Assembly: GCA_020161065.1 (NCBI GenBank)
Contig: JAIUPH010000027.1
Coordinates: 2,072-66,071 of the forward strand
DNA length: 64,000 bases
DNA from: Pseudomonadota bacterium
GTDB taxonomy: Bacteria; Pseudomonadota; Gammaproteobacteria; Burkholderiales; Burkholderiaceae_C
Reading direction: 5' to 3'
Below are positions 56,788-64,000 of this stretch, one piece after another; position 1 is the stretch's first letter, and every line of letters starts with the position of its first letter. The position numbers and the translations under genes are program-made. Under the pieces are notes generated by a model that was given only the letters and a program-made list of their open reading frames with translations, was not told where the DNA came from and made no database searches.

Positions 56788-57822
56788 ATGAAGATCGGCC
56801 CGTACGTGCTGCCGAATGCGCTGTTCGTTGCACCGATGGCCGGCGTCACCGACCGTCCGTTCCGCCAGCTGTGCCGCCGGCTGGGCGCCGGCCATGCGGT
56901 CAGCGAGATGGTGACTTCCAAGCGCGAGCTGTGGGGCACGCTGAAGACCTCGCGCCGCGCCGACCACGCCGGCGAGCCGGGGCCGATCGCGGTGCAGATC
57001 GCCGGCGTCGACCCCGCCGAGATGGCCGATGCCGCGCGCTACAACATCGACCGCGGCGCGCAGATCATCGACATCAACATGGGCTGCCCGGCCAAGAAGG
57101 TGTGCAACGTCTGGGCCGGCTCGGCGCTGATGCGCAACGAAGCGCTGGCGCTGCGCATCGTCGAGGCCGTGGTCGCCGCCTGCGCGCCGCGCGGCGTGCC
57201 GGTGACGTTGAAGATGCGCACCGGCTGGTGCGATGCCGAGCGCAACGCCTTGCCGCTGGCGCGCGCCGCGCAAGACGCCGGCATCGCGCTATTGACGATC
57301 CATGGCCGCACGCGCGAGCAAGGCTACAAGGGCCAAGCCGAGCACGACACCGTGGCCGCGGTGAAGGCGGCGCTGACCATCCCCGTGGTCGCCAACGGCG
57401 ACATCGACTCGCCCGAGCAGGCGCTGGCCGTGCGGCGCCGCACCGGCGCCGACGCGCTGATGATCGGCCGCGCGGCGCAGGGGCGGCCGTGGATCTTCCG
57501 CGAGATCGCGCACTTCCTGGCCACCGGCGAGCGGCTGCCGCCGCCGGCCACGCACGAGGTGCGGCGCTGGCTGCTCGACCACCTGCAGGACCACTACGCG
57601 CTGTACGGCGAGGACAGCGGCGTGCGCAGCGCGCGCAAGCACATCGGCTGGGCGGTGCAGGCGCTGCCCGGCGGCGCCGCCTTCCGCGCGCTGATGAACA
57701 CGCTGCCCGGCGCGCAGGCGCAGTGGCAGGCGGTGGCCGGCTTCTTCGACGAACTGGCCGACCGCCACCCGCTGCTGCCGCTGCCGGCGGCCAACGACGA
57801 GCGGCTGCGGCTCCTGGCATGA
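56788..57822 (+). CDS. dusB: tRNA dihydrouridine synthase B
   Basis: 344 aa. ...LFVAPMAGVTDRPFR...DINMGCPAKKV... Confidence 0.95.
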   Translation: MKIGPYVLPNALFVAPMAGVTDRPFRQLCRRLGAGHAVSEMVTSKRELWGTLKTSRRADHAGEPGPIAVQIAGVDPAEMADAARYNIDRGAQIIDINMGCPAKKVCNVWAGSALMRNEALALRIVEAVVAACAPRGVPVTLKMRTGWCDAERNALPLARAAQDAGIALLTIHGRTREQGYKGQAEHDTVAAVKAALTIPVVANGDIDSPEQALAVRRRTGADALMIGRAAQGRPWIFREIAHFLATGERLPPPATHEVRRWLLDHLQDHYALYGEDSGVRSARKHIGWAVQALPGGAAFRALMNTLPGAQAQWQAVAGFFDELADRHPLLPLPAANDERLRLLA

Positions 57823-57880
57823 GCGCGCCGGGCCGCTCCCAAGCGCTCATGCCGGAGCGCGCAGCGCGAAGGCGAGTCCA

Positions 57881-58123
57881 GTGACCCGCAAGCCCCAGCA
57901 CATCGACGAGTGCATCCGCAACGCCCTCGAACAGTACTTCGAGGACCTGCGCGGCACCGAGCCCGATGGCGTGCACCACATGATCATCAACGCCGTCGAG
58001 CGGCCGATGCTCGACGTGGTGATGAAGCACGCCGAAGGCAACCAGAGCAAGGCGGCCGAGTGGCTGGGCATCAACCGCAACACGCTGCGCCGCAAGCTGC
58101 TCGACCACAAACTGATCAAGTGA
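57881..58123 (+). CDS. fis: Fis-family DNA-binding protein
   Basis: 80 aa with a GTG start. C-terminal [24 protein letters not shown]. In dusB-fis order. Confidence 0.9.
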   Translation: MTRKPQHIDECIRNALEQYFEDLRGTEPDGVHHMIINAVERPMLDVVMKHAEGNQSKAAEWLGINRNTLRRKLLDHKLIK

Positions 58124-58128
58124 CCGCC

Positions 58129-59712
58129 ATGCCCCAGCTCACCGCGCTCATCTCCGTGTCCGACAAGACCGGCGTGGTCGACTTCGCCCGCGCCCTCGAC
58201 GCGCTGGACGTGCAGCTCGTCTCCACCGGCGGCACCGCGCGGCTGCTGGCCGATGCCGGGCTGAAGGTGACCGAGGTGGCCGAGCTGACCGGCTTTCCCG
58301 AGATGCTGGACGGCCGCGTCAAGACCCTGCACCCGCGCGTGCACGGCGGCCTGCTGGCGCGGCGCGACCTACCGGCGCATATGGCGGCGCTGAAAGAGCA
58401 CGGCATCGGCACCATCGACCTGCTGGTGGTCAACCTCTACCCCTTCGCGCAGGCCACCGCGCGGGCCGACTGCACGCTGGAAGACGCGATCGAGAACATC
58501 GACATCGGCGGCCCGGCGATGCTGCGCGCCGCGGCCAAGAACTGGCCCGACGTGGCGGTGCTGATCGACCCCGCCGACTACGCGCCGGTGCTGGCCGAGC
58601 TGCAGGCCGGCGCCATCACGCGGCGCACCAAGTTCGGCCTCGCCCGCAAGGTCTATGCCCACACCGCGGCCTACGACGGCATGATCGCCAACTACCTGGG
58701 CGCGCTGGCCGACGGGGCCGAGGACAACGTCGCTGCCGTGCCGGCGCGCGAGCCCTTCCCCGCCGTCTACAGCCTGCAGCTGCACAAGACGCAGGACATG
58801 CGTTATGGCGAGAACCCGCACCAGGCGGCCGCCTTCTACCGCGAGGGCCGCCCCGGCGCCGGGCTGCTGGCCGGCTGGACGCAGCTGCAGGGCAAGGAGC
58901 TGAGCTACAACAACATCGCCGATGCCGACGCCGCGTGGGAATGCGTCAAGAGCTTCGAAGGACCGGCCTGCGTGATCGTCAAGCACGCCAACCCCTGCGG
59001 CGTGGCGGTCGGCGCCAGCCTGGTCGAGGCCTACGCCAAGGCCTGGCAGACCGACCCCACCTCGGCCTACGGCGGCATCGTGGCGCTGAACCGGCCGCTG
59101 GACGAAGCCACCGCGCGCCGCATCGGCGAGAACAAGCAGTTCGTCGAGGTGCTGATCGCGCCGGCCGTCACGCCCGAGGCGCGCGCCGTCTTCGCCGCCA
59201 AGCACAACGTGCGGCTGCTCGAAGTGGCCGCCGGCGCGGCCGTCAACGCGCTGGACTTCAAGCGCGTGGGCGGCGGCATGCTGCTGCAGACGCCCGACAG
59301 CAAGAACGTCGCCCGCGCCGAGCTGCGCGTCGTCACCAAGCTGGCGCCCACGGCGGCGCAGATGGACGACCTGCTGTTCGCCTGGAAGGTGGCCAAGTTC
59401 GTCAAGAGCAACGCCATCGTCTTCTGCGGCGGCGGCATGACGCTGGGCGTCGGCGCCGGCCAGATGAGCCGCGTCGACAGCGCCCGCATCGCGCGCATCA
59501 AGGCCGGCCACGCCGGGCTGTCGCTGCAGGGCTCGGCGGTCGCCAGCGACGCCTTCTTCCCGTTCCGCGACGGCCTCGACGTGGTCATCGACGAAGGCGC
59601 CGCCTGCGTCATCCAGCCCGGCGGCAGCATGCGCGACGACGAAGTCATCGCCGCCGCCGACGAGCGCGGCGTCGCGATGGTGTTCACCGGGACGCGGCAC
59701 TTCAGGCATTGA
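58129..59712 (+). CDS. purH: bifunctional AICAR transformylase / IMP cyclohydrolase
   Basis: Start [15 protein letters not shown]... 527 aa. ...GRVKTLHP...VVNLYPF... Confidence 0.96.
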   Translation: MPQLTALISVSDKTGVVDFARALDALDVQLVSTGGTARLLADAGLKVTEVAELTGFPEMLDGRVKTLHPRVHGGLLARRDLPAHMAALKEHGIGTIDLLVVNLYPFAQATARADCTLEDAIENIDIGGPAMLRAAAKNWPDVAVLIDPADYAPVLAELQAGAITRRTKFGLARKVYAHTAAYDGMIANYLGALADGAEDNVAAVPAREPFPAVYSLQLHKTQDMRYGENPHQAAAFYREGRPGAGLLAGWTQLQGKELSYNNIADADAAWECVKSFEGPACVIVKHANPCGVAVGASLVEAYAKAWQTDPTSAYGGIVALNRPLDEATARRIGENKQFVEVLIAPAVTPEARAVFAAKHNVRLLEVAAGAAVNALDFKRVGGGMLLQTPDSKNVARAELRVVTKLAPTAAQMDDLLFAWKVAKFVKSNAIVFCGGGMTLGVGAGQMSRVDSARIARIKAGHAGLSLQGSAVASDAFFPFRDGLDVVIDEGAACVIQPGGSMRDDEVIAAADERGVAMVFTGTRHFRH

Positions 59713-59833
59713 GCGCCCCCACGGCGGCGCCGCCTTACGCGATCCCACGTAAGCTTGGCGAACCGCTTGACGGCGTACCATCGTGGCGCAGGCTGCCGGC
59801 ACCTTGGCGGCCAATCACCCCTGGAGACGAGAG

Positions 59834-61021
59834 ATGAGCCAACGTGATGTGGTTGTTCTGAGCGCGGTGCGCTCGGCCATCGGCACCTTCGGCGGATCGC
59901 TGAGCGGCATCGAGCCGCCCGAGCTGGCCGGCACGGTGATGAAGGAAGCGGTCGTGCGCTCGGGCGTCGACCCCAAGCTGATCAATTACGTGACGGTGGG
60001 CAACACCATCCCCACCGACTCGCGCTACGCCTACGTGGCCCGCGTGGCCAGCATCCAGGCCGGGCTGCCGATGGAAAGCGTGGCGATGGCCGTCAACCGG
60101 CTGTGCTCGTCGGGCCTGCAGGCCATCGTGACCAGCGCGCAGAACATCCTGCTCGGCGACTGCGACTACGGCGTGGGCGGCGGCGTGGAGGTGATGAGCC
60201 GCGGCGCCTACCTGATGACCACGCTGCGCAACGGCGCGCGCATGGGCGACACCAAGGCGCTGGACGCCATGGTGGCGGTGCTGACCGACCCCTTCGGCGT
60301 CGGCCACATGGGCATCACGGCCGAGAACCTGGCCACCAAGTGGAACATCACGCGCGAGCAGCAGGACGCGCTGGCCGTCGAGTCGCACCGCCGCGCGGCG
60401 GCCGCCATCGCCGACGGCCGCTTCAAGAGCCAGATCGTGCCGATCACGCTGAAGAGCAAGAAGGGCGACACCGTGTTCGACACAGACGAGCACGTGAAGG
60501 CCGGCACCACGCTGGAGTCGCTGGGCAAGCTCAAGCCCGCGTTCAAGAAGGACGGCGGCACGGTGACGGCGGGCAACGCCTCGGGCATCAACGACGGCGC
60601 CGCGTTCTTCGTGCTGGCCGAAGCCGGCGTGGCCGCCAAGGCCGGCCACAAGCCGCTGGCGCGGCTGGTCTCCTACGCCGTGGCCGGCGTGCCCAACGAC
60701 GTGATGGGCGAAGGCCCGATCCCGGCGTCGCGCCTGGCGCTGAAGAAGGCCGGCCTCGCGGTCAGCCAGATGGACGTGATCGAAAGCAACGAAGCCTTCG
60801 CGGCGCAGGCGATCACCGTCTCGCGCGGGCTCGAGCTCGACGCCGCCAAGACCAACCCGAACGGCGGCGCGATCGCGCTCGGCCACCCGATCGGCGCTTC
60901 CGGCGCCTTCATCGCCACCAAGGCGCTGTACGAACTGCAGCGCATCAACGGCCGCTACGCGCTGGTGACGATGTGCATCGGCGGCGGCCAGGGCATTGCC
61001 GCGGTGTTCGAACGGCTCTGA
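59834..61021 (+). CDS. acetyl-CoA C-acetyltransferase (thiolase)
   Basis: Start MSQRDVVVLSAVRSAIGTFGG. Active-site NRLCSSGLQA, C-terminal CIGGGQGIA. 395 aa. Confidence 0.93.
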   Translation: MSQRDVVVLSAVRSAIGTFGGSLSGIEPPELAGTVMKEAVVRSGVDPKLINYVTVGNTIPTDSRYAYVARVASIQAGLPMESVAMAVNRLCSSGLQAIVTSAQNILLGDCDYGVGGGVEVMSRGAYLMTTLRNGARMGDTKALDAMVAVLTDPFGVGHMGITAENLATKWNITREQQDALAVESHRRAAAAIADGRFKSQIVPITLKSKKGDTVFDTDEHVKAGTTLESLGKLKPAFKKDGGTVTAGNASGINDGAAFFVLAEAGVAAKAGHKPLARLVSYAVAGVPNDVMGEGPIPASRLALKKAGLAVSQMDVIESNEAFAAQAITVSRGLELDAAKTNPNGGAIALGHPIGASGAFIATKALYELQRINGRYALVTMCIGGGQGIAAVFERL

Positions 61022-61055
61022 CGCGCCGGGCCGGCATCGGGCCCTGCGCACGTAG

Positions 61056-61081
61056 AAACGCCCCGCGACGCGGGGCGTTTT
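61056..61081. terminator. Bidirectional hairpin terminator between the thiolase and the ComEA-like gene
   Basis: AAACGCCCCGCG-A-CGCGGGGCGTTTT, a perfect inverted repeat with A/T runs on both sides. A second hairpin, ACGCCCC-N7-GGGGCGT, lies at 61090-61110. Confidence 0.75.
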
Positions 61082-61132
61082 GACGTGGGACGCCCCTCAT
61101 CGCGGGGCGTTGGCTTCTCGGCCGGCGCGCGC

Positions 61133-61723
61133 TTACTTCTTCGCCGCGCTGGCGGCTTCCTTGGCGGCGGTGGCCTTGTCGTCCTTGGCCTTCTTGGCCG
61201 CTGCCTTCGCCGCGGCCTTCTCTTCCTTGGCCTTTTGCTTGGCGGCAGCCTTCTCTTCCTTGGTCATCTTGGCGGCGGCGGCCGGCGCAGCCGCGGTGGT
61301 GGCGGCGGTCGCCGTGGCCGCGGCGGGGGTGGCCGCAGGTGCCATGGTGGGCGTGGCGGCGGGCGCGGCCGGGGTGGGCTTGGCGGCCGGCGCGGCGGTG
61401 GTGGTGGCAGGGGCGGCGCTGGTCCTGGCCGTCGGCTTGGCGGCCGCGGCCGGCGCGCCGGCGAAGCTGGCGCCGTTGACCGTCAGGCCGGCGGCGGAGA
61501 AGCCGGCCGCGTTGTGTTCGCCGACGCCCTTCACGCGGTCGATCAGGTCCTGCCAGTCCTTGAACGGCGCCTTGCTGCGCGCTTCGACGATCTTGCTGGA
61601 AATGGCCGGGCCGATGCCCTTGACGCCGTCGAGTTCGGCCGGCGTGGCCTTGTTGGCATCGACGGCGGCGAACGCCACCGCGGCGTACAGCGCCAGCACG
61701 AAGGCGAATATCTTCTTGAACAT
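61133..61723 (-). CDS. ComEA-like helix-hairpin-helix DNA-binding protein with a long Ala/Pro/Thr linker and Lys/Ala/Glu-rich tail
   Basis: Start MFKKIFAFVLALYAAVAFA (signal peptide; cat at 61721-61723). HhH ELDGVKGIGPAISSKIV and RVKGVGEHNA. Tail KEEKAAAKQKAKEEKAAAKAAAKKAKDDK. 196 aa. Confidence 0.8.
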   Translation of the reverse strand: MFKKIFAFVLALYAAVAFAAVDANKATPAELDGVKGIGPAISSKIVEARSKAPFKDWQDLIDRVKGVGEHNAAGFSAAGLTVNGASFAGAPAAAAKPTARTSAAPATTTAAPAAKPTPAAPAATPTMAPAATPAAATATAATTAAAPAAAAKMTKEEKAAAKQKAKEEKAAAKAAAKKAKDDKATAAKEAASAAKK

Positions 61724-61888
61724 GGTGATGGTCCTCGAAAGGGTTGGCAAGACGATCGGCGCCGGACGCACGGGCTTCAGCACGGAGGGCCGGCGGCCGC
61801 TCCATAACGGCGCGCCGCCGCGCGGCGTTGACCGCCGCCCTTGCGCAAGCGCTCAGCGGCCGGCCGGCGGCCGGCTAGCATCGCCGCC

Positions 61889-62515
61889 ATGACGCGCGCC
61901 GAGGCCATGGGGCTGCTGATCGCCTTCATCGCCCGGCTCGTCACCGGCGCGCAAGGGCATTGGAAGGGCTGCGCGCCCAAGGCCGAGCAGCGCATCTACT
62001 TCGCCAACCACCAGAGCCACCTCGACTGGGTGCTGATCTGGGCGGCGCTGCCGTCGGAGTTGCGCGCGCAGACGCGGCCGATCGCCGCGCGCGACTATTG
62101 GACCGGCTCGCGCTTCAAGCACTGGCTGACGCGCGAGGTCTTCAACGCCGTCTACGTGAACCGCCAGCGCAGCGACGACCAGGACCCGCTGGAACCGCTG
62201 GCCGCGGCGCTGCAAAACGGCGACTCGCTGGTCATCTTTCCCGAAGGCACGCGCAGCAACAAGGGCGAGCCGCAGCCCTTCAAGAGCGGGCTGTACCACC
62301 TGGCGGCGCAGTTTCCGCAGGTGCCGCTGGTCCCGGCGTGGATCGACAACGTGCAGCGCGTGATGCCCAAGGGCGAGGTGGTGCCGGTGCCCATCCTGTG
62401 CACCGTGACCTTCGGCGCGGCGCTGCAGCTGGCGCCCGGCGAGGACAAGCGCGCCTTCCTCGCGCGGGCGCGCGACGCCGTGCTGGCGCTGCGCCCGCGC
62501 GAGTCGGAGTCATGA
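61889..62515 (+). CDS. lysophospholipid (1-acyl-glycerol-3-phosphate-type) acyltransferase family protein
   Basis: Start MTRAEAMGLL. Acyltransferase motifs NHQSHLD and FPEGTRS. 208 aa (an upstream in-frame start at 61841 is possible). Confidence 0.82.
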   Translation: MTRAEAMGLLIAFIARLVTGAQGHWKGCAPKAEQRIYFANHQSHLDWVLIWAALPSELRAQTRPIAARDYWTGSRFKHWLTREVFNAVYVNRQRSDDQDPLEPLAAALQNGDSLVIFPEGTRSNKGEPQPFKSGLYHLAAQFPQVPLVPAWIDNVQRVMPKGEVVPVPILCTVTFGAALQLAPGEDKRAFLARARDAVLALRPRESES

Positions 62516-63474
62516 ACCGCCTCAGCCAGTTGAGCACCGACGAGCAGGTGGCGCTGCTCTTCGTCGGCCTGTTCGGCCTGCTGCTGCTGGCCAGCATCGT
62601 GATGGCCTTGCGCTCGATCACGCGCGACGACGACGAACGCTTCCAGCGCGAACGGCCGTACCGCCGCGACCTGCGCGCGCTGTGGCTGGGCGCCGTCGTC
62701 TTCTGGGTGAGCTGGATCTCGGGGCCGGTCGGCGCGACGCTGGCCTTCGGCGTGCTGTCGTTCCTGGCGCTGCGCGAGTTCATCACGCTGGCGCACACGC
62801 GGCGCGGCGACCACCGCAGCCTGATCCTCGCCTTCTTCGTCGTGCTGCCGCTGCAATACCTGATCGTCGGCCTCAAGCGCTTCGACCTGTTCTCGGTCTT
62901 CATTCCGGTCTACGTGTTCCTGGCCATTCCCGTCATCAGCGCGCTGGCCGGCGACCCGCGGCGCTTCCTGGAACGTAACGCCAAGATCCAGTGGGGCATC
63001 ATGGTCTGCGTGTTCGGCCTCAGCCACGCGCCGGCGCTGCTGCTGCTGGACCTGCCGCGCTTCCAGGACCGCGGCGCCTTCCTGTTGTTCTTCCTGGTGA
63101 TGGTGACGGCGGCGGCGCAAATCGCGCAGGAGCTGGCCAGCCGCCGCCTGCGCCGCGCGCCGGTGGCACGGCAGATCGACCGCAGCTTCTCGTGGCGCGC
63201 CTTCGGCCTGGGCGTGGCGGCGGCGGCGGTGGTGGGCGCGCTGCTGTTCTGGATCACGCCCGTCAAGCCCGGCACCGCCGCCGCGATGGGCGCGCTGGCC
63301 GGCGGCTGCGGCACGCTGGGCGAGCTGGTGATGCGCGCGCTGAAGAAGGACGCCGGCGTGCGCTGGTGGGGCAACCGTAGCTCGGTCACCGGCGCCGTCG
63401 GCCTGCTCGACCGCGTGGCACCGCTGTGCTTCGCGGCGCCGGTGTTCTTTCATGCGGTGCGCTGGTACTTCTGA
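62512..63474 (+). CDS. CdsA/YnbB-like membrane protein with a degenerate cytidylyltransferase signature
   Basis: The ATG at 62512 overlaps the upstream TGA (ATGA). About 8 TM segments. The C-terminal LKKDAGVRWWGNRSSVTGAVGLLDRVA aligns to the E. coli CdsA region [25 protein letters not shown] but lacks KD, HGG and the last Asp. 320 aa. Confidence 0.55.
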   Translation: MNRLSQLSTDEQVALLFVGLFGLLLLASIVMALRSITRDDDERFQRERPYRRDLRALWLGAVVFWVSWISGPVGATLAFGVLSFLALREFITLAHTRRGDHRSLILAFFVVLPLQYLIVGLKRFDLFSVFIPVYVFLAIPVISALAGDPRRFLERNAKIQWGIMVCVFGLSHAPALLLLDLPRFQDRGAFLLFFLVMVTAAAQIAQELASRRLRRAPVARQIDRSFSWRAFGLGVAAAAVVGALLFWITPVKPGTAAAMGALAGGCGTLGELVMRALKKDAGVRWWGNRSSVTGAVGLLDRVAPLCFAAPVFFHAVRWYF

Positions 63475-63493
63475 ACCCCGGGTCGCTGTGATA

Positions 63494-63514
63494 CGGTGTG
63501 ACGGTACGACACCG
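63494..63514. promoter_or_regulatory. Inverted repeat CGGTGT-N9-ACACCG upstream of the antitoxin gene
   Basis: Ends 16 nt before the ATG at 63531. The spacer contains a direct ACGGT repeat. Confidence 0.3.
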
Positions 63515-63530
63515 ACTTCCTTGCCCCGCC

Positions 63531-63770
63531 ATGGCCTTGTCCGTCCGCCTCGACCCGACGCTGGAATCCCGCCTCGAACAAGCGACGCGGCGCCTGGGCA
63601 TCACCAAGTCCGAGTTCGTCAAGGACGCCATCGAGCGCGTGCTGGGCCTGAAGGACCCGGCCGCGCTGCTCGATCAGGTGCGCCGCGCGGGGGCGATGGG
63701 CCGGCCGCAGGCCTCGGCGCAGACCGGCCAAGGCCTGAAGGCCCGGCTGCGTGCGCAGCGTCCTGCTTGA
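63531..63770 (+). CDS. ribbon-helix-helix (CopG/VapB-like) antitoxin
   Basis: MALSVRLDPTLESRLEQATRRLGITKSEFVKDAIERVL... 79 aa. Confidence 0.75.
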   Translation: MALSVRLDPTLESRLEQATRRLGITKSEFVKDAIERVLGLKDPAALLDQVRRAGAMGRPQASAQTGQGLKARLRAQRPA

Positions 63771-64000
63771 TGCCGGGCCGATGGTGGCGCTGTTCGCCAC
63801 CGACGACCTGCACCACGCGCGCTTCGACGCCACGTTGCGCCGCCTGGCCAAGCAAGGGCTGCGCTTGCTGAGCACCTGGCCCTGCGTGGTCGAGGCGTCC
63901 CAACTGCTGGATGCGCCGCAACGCTTCGAGCTGCTGCGCTGGATCGAACGGGGCGCGGTGCAGATGGTGGACGAGGCCGGCTTCAGCCGCTACCGCCTGC
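63751..64000 (+). CDS. PIN-domain (VapC-like) toxin, 5' part (runs off the right edge)
   Basis: Manual translation from the GTG at 63751 gives VRSVLLDAGPMVALFATDDLHHARFDATLRRLAKQGLRLLSTWPCVVEASQLL... Overlaps the antitoxin gene by 20 nt. The frame is open to the window end. Confidence 0.65.
   Translation, partial: MRSVLLDAGPMVALFATDDLHHARFDATLRRLAKQGLRLLSTWPCVVEASQLLDAPQRFELLRWIERGAVQMVDEAGFSRYRL

Noticed and set aside
59736-59755. Inverted repeat CTTACG-N8-CGTAAG upstream of the thiolase gene
   Set aside because: The arms are short (6 bp), there is no second copy and no associated regulator gene. It is within chance expectation for a 120-bp gap.

Overview
Very GC-rich sequence (hand-counted housekeeping lines are about 70% G+C), almost fully coding. 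Gene content and local synteny point to a chromosomal core region of a betaproteobacterium, probably Burkholderiales; that assignment is inference. The synteny blocks are ugpBAEC-ugpQ, argJ...secA-M23-dciA, sspAB-petABC, hisIE-hit-tatABC, dusB-fis-purH and lysR/lysA. I call 68 protein-coding genes (2 run off the window edges) and one tRNA-Thr(UGU). I saw no rRNA, CRISPR array, transposase or integrase. The many long alternate-frame and antisense ORFs in the track are Arg/Ala/Pro/Gly-rich GC artefacts that overlap recognisable genes. All starts given here were re-derived by hand from the ORF track. No coding gap longer than about 350 bp is left unexplained, so anything novel here must consist of recognisable but poorly characterised genes and of intergenic structure. 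The best candidates are: (1) a divergent lipid-body-like module: LuxR-type regulator, two-domain fatty-acyl-reductase/SDR fusion, PhaF-type phasin with a histone-like tail, and patatin lipase. (2) An accessory block between argJ and secA: a PEP-CTERM protein plus a 1051-aa plant-type subtilase operon, a TPR/SPINDLY-like glycosyltransferase and a lipoprotein. (3) An islet with a roughly 50% G+C core, holding a second PEP-CTERM protein and an orphan DUF1902 gene. (4) A PlsC-like acyltransferase translationally coupled to a CdsA-like protein with a degenerate catalytic signature. (5) A cupin-DUF4256-lipase operon preceded by an iteron-like 11-12 bp tandem array. (6) An orphan pdeM embedded in a 13-gene co-directional string that ends with tatC coupled to a UbiA-type prenyltransferase. 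Several perfect palindromes and two minisatellites sit in intergenic regions. All functional links are hypotheses; no database search was possible.
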